Shown here: positions 26,374-36,977 of the stretch, in pieces
Position numbering within the stretch: the first letter of the stretch is position 1
Layout: each line of letters begins with the position of its first letter
Source of the DNA: Chloroflexota bacterium
GTDB taxonomy: Bacteria > Chloroflexota > Dehalococcoidia > GIF9 > UBA5629
Direction of reading: 5' to 3'
Length of the DNA: 64,000 nt
Assembly (NCBI GenBank): GCA_037443085.1
Contig: JBBIPA010000002.1
Location: forward strand, 13,739-77,738
Notes under the pieces: model-generated
The model's database searches: none
The model's input: the letters and a program-made list of their open reading frames with translations, nothing else
What the model was told of the DNA's origin: nothing
Program-made: the position numbers and the translations under genes

Positions 26374-28086
26374 CTAGTATTTCCTTTCTACTGGCTGCCA
26401 CATGGTTATGGAGACAGGGATGTATTCCAGTCTGGGACCTTTGGGCGTATAGTATGCCAGTGTATGCTTCAGCCAGTTAGCATCGTCTCTCTGTTTATAG
26501 TCTCGCCGGGAGTGAGCGCCGCGGGATTCGGTACGGGCTAATGCTCCGGCCACCACGATATCAGACAACTCCAGGACTGTGTCCGCCTCCAGGGCGTTGA
26601 TGAGGTCGGTATTATAAATGCGGCCGCGGTCCTTCACCTGAACATCGGCAAGGCGTTGCTTGTATTCCTTGATTTTCCTCGAGGCTTCTTCCAGCTCAGG
26701 GCCAGTGCGAAAGACGCCCACTTTGACGTCCATCATTTTTTGTAATTCAGACCGAATGGCATAGCTGCTCTCCTTGCCCGTAGGACTGAATCGGTTGAAA
26801 ACGCTGGCCTCTTCGTCCTTTAGCCTGGACTCGCTGGGCATGGGCGGGAACTCCTTCTGCTTCTTCACATATTCGGCAGCCTTCTCTCCAGTTATTCTGC
26901 CCCAGACCAGACACTCAGCAGTTGAGTTCGAACCCAGGCGATTGGCGCCGTGTAGCGACTCACAGGCAACTTCTCCCGCTGCCCAGATGCCAGGAATCGG
27001 TGTGGCGCCATCGATATTGGTGTGTATGCCGCCCATAGTATAGTGGGCGGCCGGGTGAACCGGGATCGGCTCCGATATCGGGTCAATGAAATTGAACTTT
27101 ATGGCGACCTCTCGAATCAGAGGCAGCCGTTCATTAATCGTGTCTGCGCCCAGATGGCGCAGGTCGAGATGTATGGCTTGCATGCCACCTCGTGCCGGGA
27201 AGCCCCTGCCTTCCTCGATTTCAGTCTTTTCAGCGCGGGCAACAATGTCACGGGGCGCCAGTTCCATCATTTTGGCGGCATATTTCTCCATGAACCTCTC
27301 GCCCTTATTGTTGTACAGGTAGCCGCCTTCACCACGGGCTGCCTCGGTAATCAAAATACCCGAGGGAACCAGTCCGGTAGGATGGAACTGGAGAAACTCC
27401 AGGTCTTTAATTGCTATGCCAGCCCGATACGCCATGCCCATGCCATCACCGGTGGCAGTGAGCGAATAGGTGGTGAAGCCAAACATGCGGCAGGCACCAC
27501 CGGTAGCTATAATCAGGGCTTTACTTTGCATGAAGAAGAATTCGCCGCTGGTTAAATCCCAGACGGTGATGCCGCGGAACACCCCGTTTTCGATGATGAG
27601 GGAGTGCACATAGCACTCATCATACCTGGCGACATTAGCATGTTTCTGCAGGGTATCATACAGGGTTTGCATTTCAAAAAAGCCGGTCTTATCAGCGGCG
27701 AAGGTAGCCCGATTATAGCTGTGGCCTCCGAAAGCTCGCTGGTTAACCCTGCCGTCGGCACGGCGCGACCAGGGAATTCCCCAGTGGTCCAGAAGCTTTA
27801 TCTCCTCAGGCATCGCCTGGACGAAGCGCATGACTACATCCTGGTCGCAGAGAAAATCACCGCCTCTTACCGTATCCCAGGCATGTAGTTCCAGGCTATC
27901 GCCTTCGTCCGGTTGTATCACTGCGGCGGTACCGCCTTCAGCGCAGACGGAATGGGCGCGCATCAGTTGCACTTTGGAAACGATAGCCACATCGGCTTCG
28001 GAGTTTTTTCGGGCTACTTCCACTGCTGCCCGCAGTCCTGCTATGCCGGCACCCATCACGATAATGTCATGCTTGAGCGTCCTCAT
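26374..28086 (-). CDS. sdhA: Succinate dehydrogenase / fumarate reductase flavoprotein subunit
   Basis: FAD-binding IIVMGAGIAGLRAA, the catalytic HPTG and HYTMGG motifs. The start is trimmed to MRTLKHD (ATG 28086), which forms an ATGA overlap with the fumA stop. Confidence 0.9.
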   Translation of the reverse strand: MRTLKHDIIVMGAGIAGLRAAVEVARKNSEADVAIVSKVQLMRAHSVCAEGGTAAVIQPDEGDSLELHAWDTVRGGDFLCDQDVVMRFVQAMPEEIKLLDHWGIPWSRRADGRVNQRAFGGHSYNRATFAADKTGFFEMQTLYDTLQKHANVARYDECYVHSLIIENGVFRGITVWDLTSGEFFFMQSKALIIATGGACRMFGFTTYSLTATGDGMGMAYRAGIAIKDLEFLQFHPTGLVPSGILITEAARGEGGYLYNNKGERFMEKYAAKMMELAPRDIVARAEKTEIEEGRGFPARGGMQAIHLDLRHLGADTINERLPLIREVAIKFNFIDPISEPIPVHPAAHYTMGGIHTNIDGATPIPGIWAAGEVACESLHGANRLGSNSTAECLVWGRITGEKAAEYVKKQKEFPPMPSESRLKDEEASVFNRFSPTGKESSYAIRSELQKMMDVKVGVFRTGPELEEASRKIKEYKQRLADVQVKDRGRIYNTDLINALEADTVLELSDIVVAGALARTESRGAHSRRDYKQRDDANWLKHTLAYYTPKGPRLEYIPVSITMWQPVERKY

Positions 28087-28928
28087 AGAATCGCCTCCTT
28101 GTGACGAGCAGCATGGCACTGCATATTAATGGCCAGTGGCATGCTGGCGATATGTGCGGGGAAGGTCTCAACATGAACCGCCAGCGCCGTGTTCCTGCCG
28201 CCGAATCCCTGAGGGCCTATGCCCAGAGCATTGATTCGTTTCAACAGCTCTTTCTCCAGTTCGGCGACCTCGGCATCGGGATTAGGCTCGCCCACCTTGC
28301 GCAGCAACGCCTTTTTGGCGAGCTGCATTGTTTTCTCGGCAGTGCCTCCGATGCCGACACCGACGATGATCGGCGGGCAGGGATTACTGCCAGCATCATC
28401 AACTGCCTTGACCACGGCGTCAATAATGCCCTGGCGGCCAGCCGCCGGCGTAAGCATGTGGAGGCGGCTCATGTTCTCGCTGCCGCCGCCTTTAGGCACC
28501 ACCATTATCTTTACTTTATCGCCGGCAACGATATCGGTGTGGATGATAGCCGGCGTATTGTCTTTAGTATTGACACGAGCCGAAAACGGCTGTTTCACCA
28601 TGGATTTACGCAGGTAGCCCTTCTCATAGCCATCCTTGACACCGTCATTAACGGCTTTATAGATATCACCGCCGACAAAGTGGGCATCCTGCCCTACTTC
28701 CAGGTAGACTACAGTTGCCCCGCAATCCTGGCAATAAGCCATCTGCTCCTCTTTAGCCAGCTTGGCATTATCCAGAATTTGGTCCAGAGTCTGCTGGCCT
28801 ATGGGCGATTCCTCGGTTTTACGTGCCTTTTTCAGGGCATCGAGGACATCTTCAGGAAGAAAAAAATTAGCTTCCTGACACAAGCGGGAGACCGTTTTGG
28901 TTACTTCTTTGACGTCGATTTCTCTCAA
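28083..28928 (-). CDS. fumA: Class I fumarate hydratase, alpha (N-terminal) subunit
   Basis: Fe-S hydro-lyase alpha subunit pattern (QDCGATVVYLEVGQDAHFVGG...). 281 aa. Confidence 0.85.
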   Translation of the reverse strand: MREIDVKEVTKTVSRLCQEANFFLPEDVLDALKKARKTEESPIGQQTLDQILDNAKLAKEEQMAYCQDCGATVVYLEVGQDAHFVGGDIYKAVNDGVKDGYEKGYLRKSMVKQPFSARVNTKDNTPAIIHTDIVAGDKVKIMVVPKGGGSENMSRLHMLTPAAGRQGIIDAVVKAVDDAGSNPCPPIIVGVGIGGTAEKTMQLAKKALLRKVGEPNPDAEVAELEKELLKRINALGIGPQGFGGRNTALAVHVETFPAHIASMPLAINMQCHAARHKEAIL

Positions 28929-28965
28929 TTCTATATGTCTCCTTTCTCGATAGTATTGTTATTGC

Positions 28966-30321
28966 CTAATCTTCAGGCGCCTTGGGAATAAGTCCTTTCT
29001 TCATCAGAACCTCGGTTGTTTCCCTGGCATTCTTAATCATTGCCTCAGCTTGCCTGGTAAGCTGCTCGCGGCTCGCCTTAATCCGGGCAACACCCTGCTC
29101 CTGGGCTTTCAAACCTACAGCCACCGCTTCACGAATGAATGCTTCCCATTCTGACATGGTTGGGGCGATATTATCTTCGCTGATGCCGCGGTCTTCGGCG
29201 CATTTCGCCAGCTCATAGGCAGCAGCCAGACACATCTCATCAGTGATTGTCCTGGCTTTCACATCCAGTGTGCCACGGAATATCGCTGGAAAGCCAGTGG
29301 AGTTATTGACCTGATTGGGGAAATCAGACCTGCCAGTGGCCACAATCCTGGCTCCTGCTTCTTTTGCTTCCCATGGCCAGATTTCAGGAATAGGGTTGGC
29401 ACAGGCGAACAGGACGGAGTCCTTGGCCATTGCCTTCACCCAATCTTGAAGAATGACTCCGGGGCCCGACTGCGACAGCGAGATGCAGACATCCGCTCCT
29501 TTCAAAGCTTCTGCTATATCACCACTCCTCTTATCCGGGTTGGTTCGTTGGCACAGGTCCCATTTATACGGATTCTCTTTCTGTTTCTCTTCTAAATCTT
29601 TTCTGCCGATGTGTAGTATACCCTTGCTATCTACGACGAGAGTATTTTCCGGCTTAAAACCGTCAGCGAAAAGCAATCTCAATATGGCCACGTTAGCCGC
29701 ACCTATCCCATTAACAGTTAGTTTAACCTTATCTTTTCTCTTGCCCACAATCTTCAGGGCATTGATGAGACCGGCAAGCGTAACGGCAGCGGTACCCTGC
29801 TGGTCGTCATGCCATACTGGAATATTCGCCTCTGCTCTCAGCCTGTCAAGAATATAGAAGCATTTAGGGTTGGCGATGTCCTCCAGGTTGATGCCGCCAA
29901 AGGAAGGTTGCAGCCATTTCACTGCATTGATGAACTGCTCCGGGTCCTTGGTATCGAGACAAATAGGTACAGCATCCACGCCGCCAAGGTATTTGAACAG
30001 CAATGCCTTACCCTCCATCACTGGCATCGCTGCCTCTGGCCCGATGTCACCTAAGCCCAGAACTCTGGTGCCATCAGAGACCACTGCCACCGTATTCCAT
30101 TTATTAGTATGCTCGTAGACCTTTTCCTTGTCTGCTTTTATGTCCTTACAGGGTTCGGCAACTCCCGGAGTGTACCATATGGCAAAATCGTTGAAGTCAC
30201 GGACGCAGCACTTGGGAACGGTTTGCATCTTTCCCCGATAGTAGGGATGCAATTTCAGAGCATCCTTTGCCGGCCTTTGTGCTTTGGCCAGCAACTCCTC
30301 TTTAGTTACTTTTTTAGACAA
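28966..30321 (-). CDS. NAD(P)-dependent malic enzyme (malate dehydrogenase, oxaloacetate-decarboxylating)
   Basis: Malic-enzyme N-terminal and NAD-binding domains (YTPGVAEPC...VVSDGTRVLGLGDIG...TVNGIGAANVAI). Confidence 0.85.
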   Translation of the reverse strand: MSKKVTKEELLAKAQRPAKDALKLHPYYRGKMQTVPKCCVRDFNDFAIWYTPGVAEPCKDIKADKEKVYEHTNKWNTVAVVSDGTRVLGLGDIGPEAAMPVMEGKALLFKYLGGVDAVPICLDTKDPEQFINAVKWLQPSFGGINLEDIANPKCFYILDRLRAEANIPVWHDDQQGTAAVTLAGLINALKIVGKRKDKVKLTVNGIGAANVAILRLLFADGFKPENTLVVDSKGILHIGRKDLEEKQKENPYKWDLCQRTNPDKRSGDIAEALKGADVCISLSQSGPGVILQDWVKAMAKDSVLFACANPIPEIWPWEAKEAGARIVATGRSDFPNQVNNSTGFPAIFRGTLDVKARTITDEMCLAAAYELAKCAEDRGISEDNIAPTMSEWEAFIREAVAVGLKAQEQGVARIKASREQLTRQAEAMIKNARETTEVLMKKGLIPKAPED

Positions 30322-31405
30322 CGCAGTCCTCCTTAAGTTTATTTATCACAGCATCAGCAACTTGTGAGGTACCTGCTGCACATTGTCTTCGTTTCGGTTT
30401 TAAGTCATAGGTGACATGTTTGCCCTCAGCAATCACTTTGACTATGGCCTGTTCCAATCTATCCGCAGCCTCTTTCTCTCCGAGATGACGTAACATCATC
30501 TCTCCAGAGAGCATCATCGCCAGGGGATTGACCTTGTTCTGCCCCGCATATTTAGGAGCACTGCCATGGGTGGGCTCGAAAACTGCTGCCTTCTCCCCGA
30601 TGTTGGCCCCAGGGGCCAACCCCAGCCCACCCACTAACCCGGCACAAAGGTCGGAAACTATATCACCATAGAGATTGGGCAAAACGATAACATCAAAAGA
30701 TTGAGGATTTCGCACCAGGCGCATGCACAGAGCATCAATAACTACATCTTCAAACTCTATATCGGGATATTCTTTAGCTACCTCCCGGGCAACAACCAGG
30801 AAAAGACCATCGGAAAACTTGAGTATATTCGCTTTATGACCGGCGGAGACCTTCTTCCTTTTATTGGCTCTGGCATACTCGAATGCGAACTTCACAATTC
30901 GCCTCGAGCCATATTCAGAAATCATTTTGATGCTGAACCCGGAGTCCTGGTTTACCTTTGTTCCACTAGAATCCACGATAAGGTCAATAAGCCTGCCAGC
31001 TTCCGGTGTTCCTTTGGCGAATTCAATACCGGCATAAAGGTCCTCAGTATTCTCTCTGACCACGACGATATCTACATCGCTGAAAGGTGTCGGCGCGCCA
31101 CGATATGTCTTACAGGGGCGGATACAGGCATAAAGGTCAAGGCTTCTGCGGAGAGCAACGTTAACGCTGCGGAAACCGGTACCTATAGGAGTAGTAACGG
31201 GGCCCTTGAGGGCTACCTTGTTCCTCTTTATCGAGGAGAGGACTTCATCAGGGAGAGGTGTGCCGAATTGAGTCTGTGCCTTCTCACCAACTATCCCCGT
31301 ATCCCAGTTAAATTCGACTCCAGTTGCTTCTAAAACCCTTCGAGTTGCCTCGGTAACCTCAGGCCCTACACCATCCCCGGGAATCAAGGTTACCTTATAT
31401 GGCAT
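30314..31405 (-). CDS. icd: Isocitrate dehydrogenase (NAD(P)-dependent, beta-decarboxylating dehydrogenase family)
   Basis: GFRSVNVALRRSLDLYACIRP and KANILKFSDGLF resemble IDH, not LeuB. 363 aa. Confidence 0.75.
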   Translation of the reverse strand: MPYKVTLIPGDGVGPEVTEATRRVLEATGVEFNWDTGIVGEKAQTQFGTPLPDEVLSSIKRNKVALKGPVTTPIGTGFRSVNVALRRSLDLYACIRPCKTYRGAPTPFSDVDIVVVRENTEDLYAGIEFAKGTPEAGRLIDLIVDSSGTKVNQDSGFSIKMISEYGSRRIVKFAFEYARANKRKKVSAGHKANILKFSDGLFLVVAREVAKEYPDIEFEDVVIDALCMRLVRNPQSFDVIVLPNLYGDIVSDLCAGLVGGLGLAPGANIGEKAAVFEPTHGSAPKYAGQNKVNPLAMMLSGEMMLRHLGEKEAADRLEQAIVKVIAEGKHVTYDLKPKRRQCAAGTSQVADAVINKLKEDCVV

Positions 31406-31422
31406 ACCTCATGCCCTCATGG

Positions 31423-31935
31423 TCAGGTTTGCAGCTTGAAATCACCATGTTTTTTGATATATGGAATAAGCCCGCCTTCAGCTAATATATCAAGCATTAC
31501 TGGCGGGATTTTGCCGAACGTAAGCTGAATACCTTTGGTCAGGTTAGCGATTTTACCTGCCGATAAGTTTACTCCTACTGTGTCCCCTTCGTCAATCTTA
31601 TCGGTATCACAAATGAGCACTGGCAGTCCCTGATTGATGGCGTTCCTGAAGAAAATTCGAGCTACGGACTTCGCCAGAACAGCGCTGACACCAGCCATTT
31701 TAATTACCAGCGGGGCATGCTCCCTGCTGGAGCCAAGGCCAAAATTTTTTCCAGCAACGATAAAATCTCCCGGCTGCACTCTGGTGGCGAAGTTCTTATC
31801 GGCATCCTCCATGACATGCCTGGCAAGCTCAGGCAGGTTGCTCCGCAGGTGGGCGTATCTCCCCGGAATGATGAGGTCGGTAGAGATATTATCGCCGAAC
31901 TTAAATGCTCTGCCCTTCAATTCCGTGACTGACAT
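31423..31935 (-). CDS. leuD: 3-isopropylmalate dehydratase / aconitase family small subunit (LeuD-like)
   Basis: 170 aa with a swivel-domain pattern. Its function (LeuD versus aconitase small subunit) cannot be told from sequence alone. Confidence 0.75.
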   Translation of the reverse strand: MSVTELKGRAFKFGDNISTDLIIPGRYAHLRSNLPELARHVMEDADKNFATRVQPGDFIVAGKNFGLGSSREHAPLVIKMAGVSAVLAKSVARIFFRNAINQGLPVLICDTDKIDEGDTVGVNLSAGKIANLTKGIQLTFGKIPPVMLDILAEGGLIPYIKKHGDFKLQT

Positions 31936-33203
31936 TACCTTACCTTTCTCGGGTCAGTGATTTCGCCGGTGATGGCTGAAGTGGCGGCAGTGGCTGGGCT
32001 GGCCAGATAGATTGAAGATTCAGGATTACCCATCCTGCCCCTGAAATTGCGATTCGCTGTGGACAGGCAAACCTCGTTATCACCCAGCACACCCTGGTGC
32101 AGACCCAGACAGGCAGCGCAGCCCGGGGGCACCACTATTGCCCCCGCTTTGAGAAGCGACTGGATATAACCGGCTTTTATGGCGTCGGTGAATATCTGCC
32201 TTGATGCCGGAGCCACAATCAGCCTCACATTGGGGTGGCAGGTCCTGTTCTTAAGAATAGTGGCGGCTACTGCCAAATCCTCAAGTCGCCCATTAGTACA
32301 GGTGCCGATGAAGACCTGATTGAGCTTGATACCAGCCAGCGTACGTGCTGGAGCCACGTTGTCCACAGCATGAGGCATGGCTACCATCGGCTCCAGGCTG
32401 GAAGCATCAATAGCAATGGTTTGCTCGTAGCTGGCATCGGCATCAGCCGCCAGCGCCCGGTACTTATTGCTCCTCCTCTGAGCGGCTAAATATTTCCTGG
32501 TGACGTTATCGCTGGGGAAGAGGCCGACCTTGGCGCCGACCTCGATTGCCATATTGGCTATGGTCAGGCGCTGGGCAATGGTCATCTTTGCCACAGCTTC
32601 GCCCTGAAATTCCAGAGATTTATAGGTGGCGCCATCAGCTCCCAGTTGTCCGGCGATGTAGAGCACCAAATCCTTGGCAGTAACCCATCCGGTGAATCCG
32701 CCGCTGACAGTAATTTTGAAGCTCTCGGGCACGCGGAACCAGGTCTTGCCCAGGGCAAAAGCCACGGCAACATCGCTGGAACCCATGCCTGTAGCAAATG
32801 CTCCCAGGGCGCCACCGGTTACCGTGTGGGAGTCAGCACCGACAATAATATCGCCGGGATTAGCGAACGTCTCGGCGACTATCTGGTGACAGACGCCGCT
32901 GCCGCCTTCGAAGAGCACACAGCCAGACTCTCTGGCAAATGTGCGCATAAACTGCTGGTCATTGGATAGCTGGCTGTTGGGGCTGGGAACAGCGTGGTCA
33001 ATGAACAACACCGTTTTCTGCGGGTTGGCGAGCTTATTGAGCCCGCTTTGCTGGAACTGCCTCAGGGTGAGAGGTCCGGTGGTATCCTGAACAAAAGCCA
33101 GGTCTACCGGGGCGATGACTATATCTCCAGCTCGGGCATCGGCTCCTGATTTCTCGCTTAGGATTTTTTCACTGAGGGTCTTCCCCATGTAAACTCTAAC
33201 CAA
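31935..33203 (-). CDS. leuC: 3-isopropylmalate dehydratase / aconitase family large subunit (LeuC-like)
   Basis: Aconitase-family Fe-S ligand region (GTCTNGR...PGCAACLG). 422 aa. Confidence 0.8.
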   Translation of the reverse strand: MVRVYMGKTLSEKILSEKSGADARAGDIVIAPVDLAFVQDTTGPLTLRQFQQSGLNKLANPQKTVLFIDHAVPSPNSQLSNDQQFMRTFARESGCVLFEGGSGVCHQIVAETFANPGDIIVGADSHTVTGGALGAFATGMGSSDVAVAFALGKTWFRVPESFKITVSGGFTGWVTAKDLVLYIAGQLGADGATYKSLEFQGEAVAKMTIAQRLTIANMAIEVGAKVGLFPSDNVTRKYLAAQRRSNKYRALAADADASYEQTIAIDASSLEPMVAMPHAVDNVAPARTLAGIKLNQVFIGTCTNGRLEDLAVAATILKNRTCHPNVRLIVAPASRQIFTDAIKAGYIQSLLKAGAIVVPPGCAACLGLHQGVLGDNEVCLSTANRNFRGRMGNPESSIYLASPATAATSAITGEITDPRKVR

Positions 33204-35124
33204 TCACAGCCAGAACGTCACCCGCCCCCACCCTGGCACCGGGGCTGAATTTTATCGCCTTCATTTTACCAGATACTGGCGACTCGATGACATTTTCCAT
33301 CTTCATCGCTTCCAGGACGACGATGCCGACGCCGGCTTGGACCTCGTCGCCTTCCTGCACCAGATAACGAATAATGGTGCCGGGAATCGGTGCGGCAATC
33401 GGCGTTTCTCCTGCGGCAACCTCTACTTTCGGTGGAGGAGCAGCTTCAGTTTTCCTGGTGGGTTGCTTCGGGGACTCCTTCTCGGTTGCCGGACTTGCTG
33501 GCGTTGGTGCATAAACCGGAGGAGCTGCGAACGAGGCCGTGCCGCCTGCAGGTTCCACCTCGACTTTATAGTATTCATCGCCGACATAGACATTGAATGA
33601 CCGAAGGGCCTTCCCCTTTATCGGTGCTTTCATATCGACCCTCTCTACCACCTTGCCAGACCTGGCTTTGGCGATAAGTTCATCTTCCCGCTTTGCATCT
33701 TCAAGGGTCTTCGCCCTGGTTTCTGCGGGTGGTTGTTCCAGTCCATATTTCCACTTAAGAAAGCGCAGCCCTGTCGTAGGATAAAGGGCGTAAACCAGCA
33801 CATCACCTATGTCCCTGGCAATGCCTTTCGTTGCCTCCTTTGCCTTGGGCAATTCCGGCTCGAGGATATCAGCCGGTCGGCAGGTGATAGGCTTATCACC
33901 ACGGGAATACCCCTTGAGGATAATCTTCTGTACCGAGGGGTCTATCGGCGCTGGCAGCTTGCCGTATAGGCCATAGGCATAATCCTTGGTCTGGTCAGAA
34001 ACCATTTTGTATCTGCCGAAGAGGACATTTAGCACCGCCTGTGCCCCGATTATCTGGCTGGTAGGAGTGACCAAGGGTGGGTAACCCAGCTCCTTGCGGG
34101 TGCGAGGCAGTTCAGCGTAGACTTCCTGGATACGGTGAATGGCATTGGCTTCTTTCAACTGAGCTACCATATTGGTAAACATGCCACCGGGAATCTGATG
34201 CCCCAGCACGCCAGTATCAATCACTGACATCTTGGTGGTATCCAGAAAATCACGATACTTCGGCGCAATAGACTCATAGTATTCGCCCAGCTTAAGCAAA
34301 TGCCCCAGATTCAGTCCGGTATCCCGCGGCGTACCCTGCAAAGCCACTACCATGGGCTCTATCGCGGGATGAGAGGTACGCAGGGCAAAGGGAGCGATGC
34401 AGGTATCAATAAGGTCAACGCCGGCTTCCGCTGCTTTCAACAGGCTCATGCAGGCCATGCCGCTGGTAAAGTGACTGTGCAAATCCACCGGAATTTTGAG
34501 AGCCTGCTTTAAAGCCTTAACCAAATTGTAGGCATCGTCAGGAGCGATAAGTCCTGCCATATCTTTAATGCACAGGCTGTCGGCTCCCATATCCTGAATA
34601 ATCAGGGCTTTCTGCACATAGTAATCAATGGTATACACCTGACCGCCCAGCTTGGGCTCGGTCAGCGAGTAGGTCAACGTCCCCTGGATATGCTTGCCCC
34701 TCTCCTTTATTGCCTTAAAAGCGGTAATAAAATTGCGCTCATCGTTCACCGCATCAAAAACACGAAAGACATCGATGCCGCAATCGGCAGCGTGATGCAC
34801 AAAAGCGGTGACTACATCATCGGCATAGTTGCGGTAGCCCACCAGGTTCTGCCCGCGCAACAGCATTTGCAGCCGGGTATCCGGCATCAGTTTCTTTAAA
34901 ATGCGAATTCGCTCCCAGGGGTCTTCGTTTAGGAAACGGGTCATCACGTCAAAGGTGGCACCGCCCCACATCTCCATAGACCAGAACCCCGCCTTGTTCA
35001 TTTCCGGCGCGATCGCTTCCATGTCAGCAGTGCGCATACGGGTAGCAAATAATGATTGATGCCCATCACGAAAGGTGAGGTCAACAACCTTTACTGGATT
35101 GTCAGCTTTTTTCCTCGGTGCCAT
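33196..35124 (-). CDS. Biotin-dependent carboxyltransferase 5S subunit fused to a biotin carboxyl carrier domain (PycB/OadA/transcarboxylase 5S-like)
   Basis: N-terminal VDLTFRDGHQSL TIM-barrel motif and a C-terminal biotinyl domain EAMKMEN (AMKM). Confidence 0.8.
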   Translation of the reverse strand: MAPRKKADNPVKVVDLTFRDGHQSLFATRMRTADMEAIAPEMNKAGFWSMEMWGGATFDVMTRFLNEDPWERIRILKKLMPDTRLQMLLRGQNLVGYRNYADDVVTAFVHHAADCGIDVFRVFDAVNDERNFITAFKAIKERGKHIQGTLTYSLTEPKLGGQVYTIDYYVQKALIIQDMGADSLCIKDMAGLIAPDDAYNLVKALKQALKIPVDLHSHFTSGMACMSLLKAAEAGVDLIDTCIAPFALRTSHPAIEPMVVALQGTPRDTGLNLGHLLKLGEYYESIAPKYRDFLDTTKMSVIDTGVLGHQIPGGMFTNMVAQLKEANAIHRIQEVYAELPRTRKELGYPPLVTPTSQIIGAQAVLNVLFGRYKMVSDQTKDYAYGLYGKLPAPIDPSVQKIILKGYSRGDKPITCRPADILEPELPKAKEATKGIARDIGDVLVYALYPTTGLRFLKWKYGLEQPPAETRAKTLEDAKREDELIAKARSGKVVERVDMKAPIKGKALRSFNVYVGDEYYKVEVEPAGGTASFAAPPVYAPTPASPATEKESPKQPTRKTEAAPPPKVEVAAGETPIAAPIPGTIIRYLVQEGDEVQAGVGIVVLEAMKMENVIESPVSGKMKAIKFSPGARVGAGDVLAVIG

Positions 35125-35158
35125 GATTGCTTAACTCCATATTTAGATTTCATCTACA

Positions 35159-35413
35159 CTAAAAACCATTACCCCTGCCTCCTCCTGCTCCACGGCTCGC
35201 CCATGCTGTCATCAATTTCTCAAGACCGCAATACCGCCACAGTCCCCTCTCAGGTAGAGGTGTTAGCTGACGGGCATTATTCCGAGCGCTCATCTGTGCC
35301 CGCTGTCCTAAAAGCCGCCAGGCATTTATTCCAGAAGCGGACTGGCTGCTCTCTTCCTGTTGAATATAGAGGGCAACCGCCCCCATGATGGCAGTCAGCA
35401 GTTTTGGCTCCAT
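35159..35413 (-). CDS. Small hypothetical protein between the two carboxyltransferase genes; possibly an accessory subunit
   Basis: 84 aa, same strand, 14 nt after the 12S gene stop, with a weak GAGGA RBS. Confidence 0.3.
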   Translation of the reverse strand: MEPKLLTAIMGAVALYIQQEESSQSASGINAWRLLGQRAQMSARNNARQLTPLPERGLWRYCGLEKLMTAWASRGAGGGRGNGF

Positions 35414-35426
35414 TCAGTACTTATCC

Positions 35427-36977
35427 TCACAGAGGAATATTGCCGTGCTTTTTGGGTGGGTTGGTATCGACCTTGTTCTTAAGCATTTCCAGAGCTTTAA
35501 TCAGCTTGGGTCTGGTAGTTCGCGGGTCGATGACATCATCAAGATAGCCTTTGCCCGCAGCCACATAAGGGTTGGCAAATTTCTCCCGATAGTCATCGAT
35601 CAGCTTTTGCCGGGTTTCGGCGGGATTTTCTGATTTATCAATAGCATCTTTGAACACGATATTCACGGCGCCGTCAGGCCCCATAACTGCAATTTCAGCT
35701 GTAGGCCAGGCGTAGTTGATATCGCCGCGCAGGCTCTTGCTGCTCATAACCACATAGGCGCCGCCGTAAGCCTTGCGGGTAATCACGCTTATTTTGGGCA
35801 CGGTAGCCTCAGCATAGGCATAGAGAAACTTGGCTCCGTGCCGGATGATTCCTCGATACTCCTGGTCGGTGCCCGGCATATATCCCGGCACATCAACGAA
35901 AGTGATCACAGGAAGATTAAAACAATCGCAAAAGCGGACAAACCTGGCACCTTTATCCGAGGCGTCGACATCAATGACGCCGGCATTGAATGAAGGCTGC
36001 TGCGCCACTATGCCCACACTATGGCCGCCCAGCCTGGCAAATCCTACGATAAGGCTGCGACCAAACCTGCTGTGGGCTTCCATGAAGTCGCCGTTGTCCA
36101 CGACTTTGCCAATGACTTTCTTCATATCGTACACCTTGTTCGGGCTGTCTGGAATAATGGTAAGCAGTTCCTCATCCATGCGGTTAGGGTCGTCTCCCGT
36201 AGCCACATATAGCGGCTCCTCCCTGTTATTCTGGGGCAGGAAGCTCAGCAACTGCCGCACCATCTCCAGGCATTGCTGGTCATTATCAGCTACAAAATGG
36301 CAGTTGCCGGTCTTGGTAGCATGGGTCATAGCACCACCCAGCTCCTCGAAATCCACCTCTTCGCCAGTGACCGATTTAATCACGGCGGGGCCAGTTATAT
36401 ACATTTGACCTGTGCCTTTGACCATGAAAACAAAGTCGGTTATTGCTGGAGAGTACACGGCACCGCCAGCGCATGGTCCCATGACCACCGATATCTGCGG
36501 CACGACTCCGGAGAACAGGGTATTGCGGGTGAAAATATCGCCGTAGCCCACCAGGCTATCCACGCCTTCCTGGATACGGGCACCGCCCGAGTCGAGCAAG
36601 CCGATAACCGGTGCGCCAACTTTGGCTGCCATGTCCATAACCTTGCAGATTTTTTCTGAAGCTACTTTCGATAAGGAGCCACCAAAGACGGTAAAGTCTT
36701 GAGAGAATACAAAAGCGTCTCGGCCATTGATTTTTCCGTAGCCGGTAACCGCAGCATCACCCGGCGTTTTTTGTTGCTCCAGCCCAAAATCAGTGCAGCG
36801 ATGGACAGCAAATTGGTCTACTTCTTCGAAAGTGCCGGGGTCGAACAGCAGCCCGATGCGCTCCCTGGCGGTGAGCTTGCCCTTCTGGTGCTGAGTTTCG
36901 GTGCGTTTTGCCCCTCCGCCAGCCAGAGCTTGCTGCCTCAATTTCTCTAATTCAGTTACCTTGTCTTTGGTTCCCAT
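35427..36977 (-). CDS. Acyl-CoA carboxyltransferase 12S subunit (propionyl-CoA carboxylase beta / methylmalonyl-CoA carboxyltransferase family)
   Basis: Carboxyl_trans domain pattern. The start is moved to MGTKDKVTELEKL (ATG 36977), which has a GAAGGAAG RBS. Confidence 0.85.
   Translation of the reverse strand: MGTKDKVTELEKLRQQALAGGGAKRTETQHQKGKLTARERIGLLFDPGTFEEVDQFAVHRCTDFGLEQQKTPGDAAVTGYGKINGRDAFVFSQDFTVFGGSLSKVASEKICKVMDMAAKVGAPVIGLLDSGGARIQEGVDSLVGYGDIFTRNTLFSGVVPQISVVMGPCAGGAVYSPAITDFVFMVKGTGQMYITGPAVIKSVTGEEVDFEELGGAMTHATKTGNCHFVADNDQQCLEMVRQLLSFLPQNNREEPLYVATGDDPNRMDEELLTIIPDSPNKVYDMKKVIGKVVDNGDFMEAHSRFGRSLIVGFARLGGHSVGIVAQQPSFNAGVIDVDASDKGARFVRFCDCFNLPVITFVDVPGYMPGTDQEYRGIIRHGAKFLYAYAEATVPKISVITRKAYGGAYVVMSSKSLRGDINYAWPTAEIAVMGPDGAVNIVFKDAIDKSENPAETRQKLIDDYREKFANPYVAAGKGYLDDVIDPRTTRPKLIKALEMLKNKVDTNPPKKHGNIPL

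Noticed and set aside
30314-31405. 3-isopropylmalate dehydrogenase (LeuB) call for the dehydrogenase next to leuCD-like genes
   Set aside because: The motifs (GFRSVNVALRRSLDLYACIRP; KANILKFSDGLF) match NAD-isocitrate dehydrogenases rather than LeuB (KANVLE.SRLW). It is called IDH with moderate confidence.
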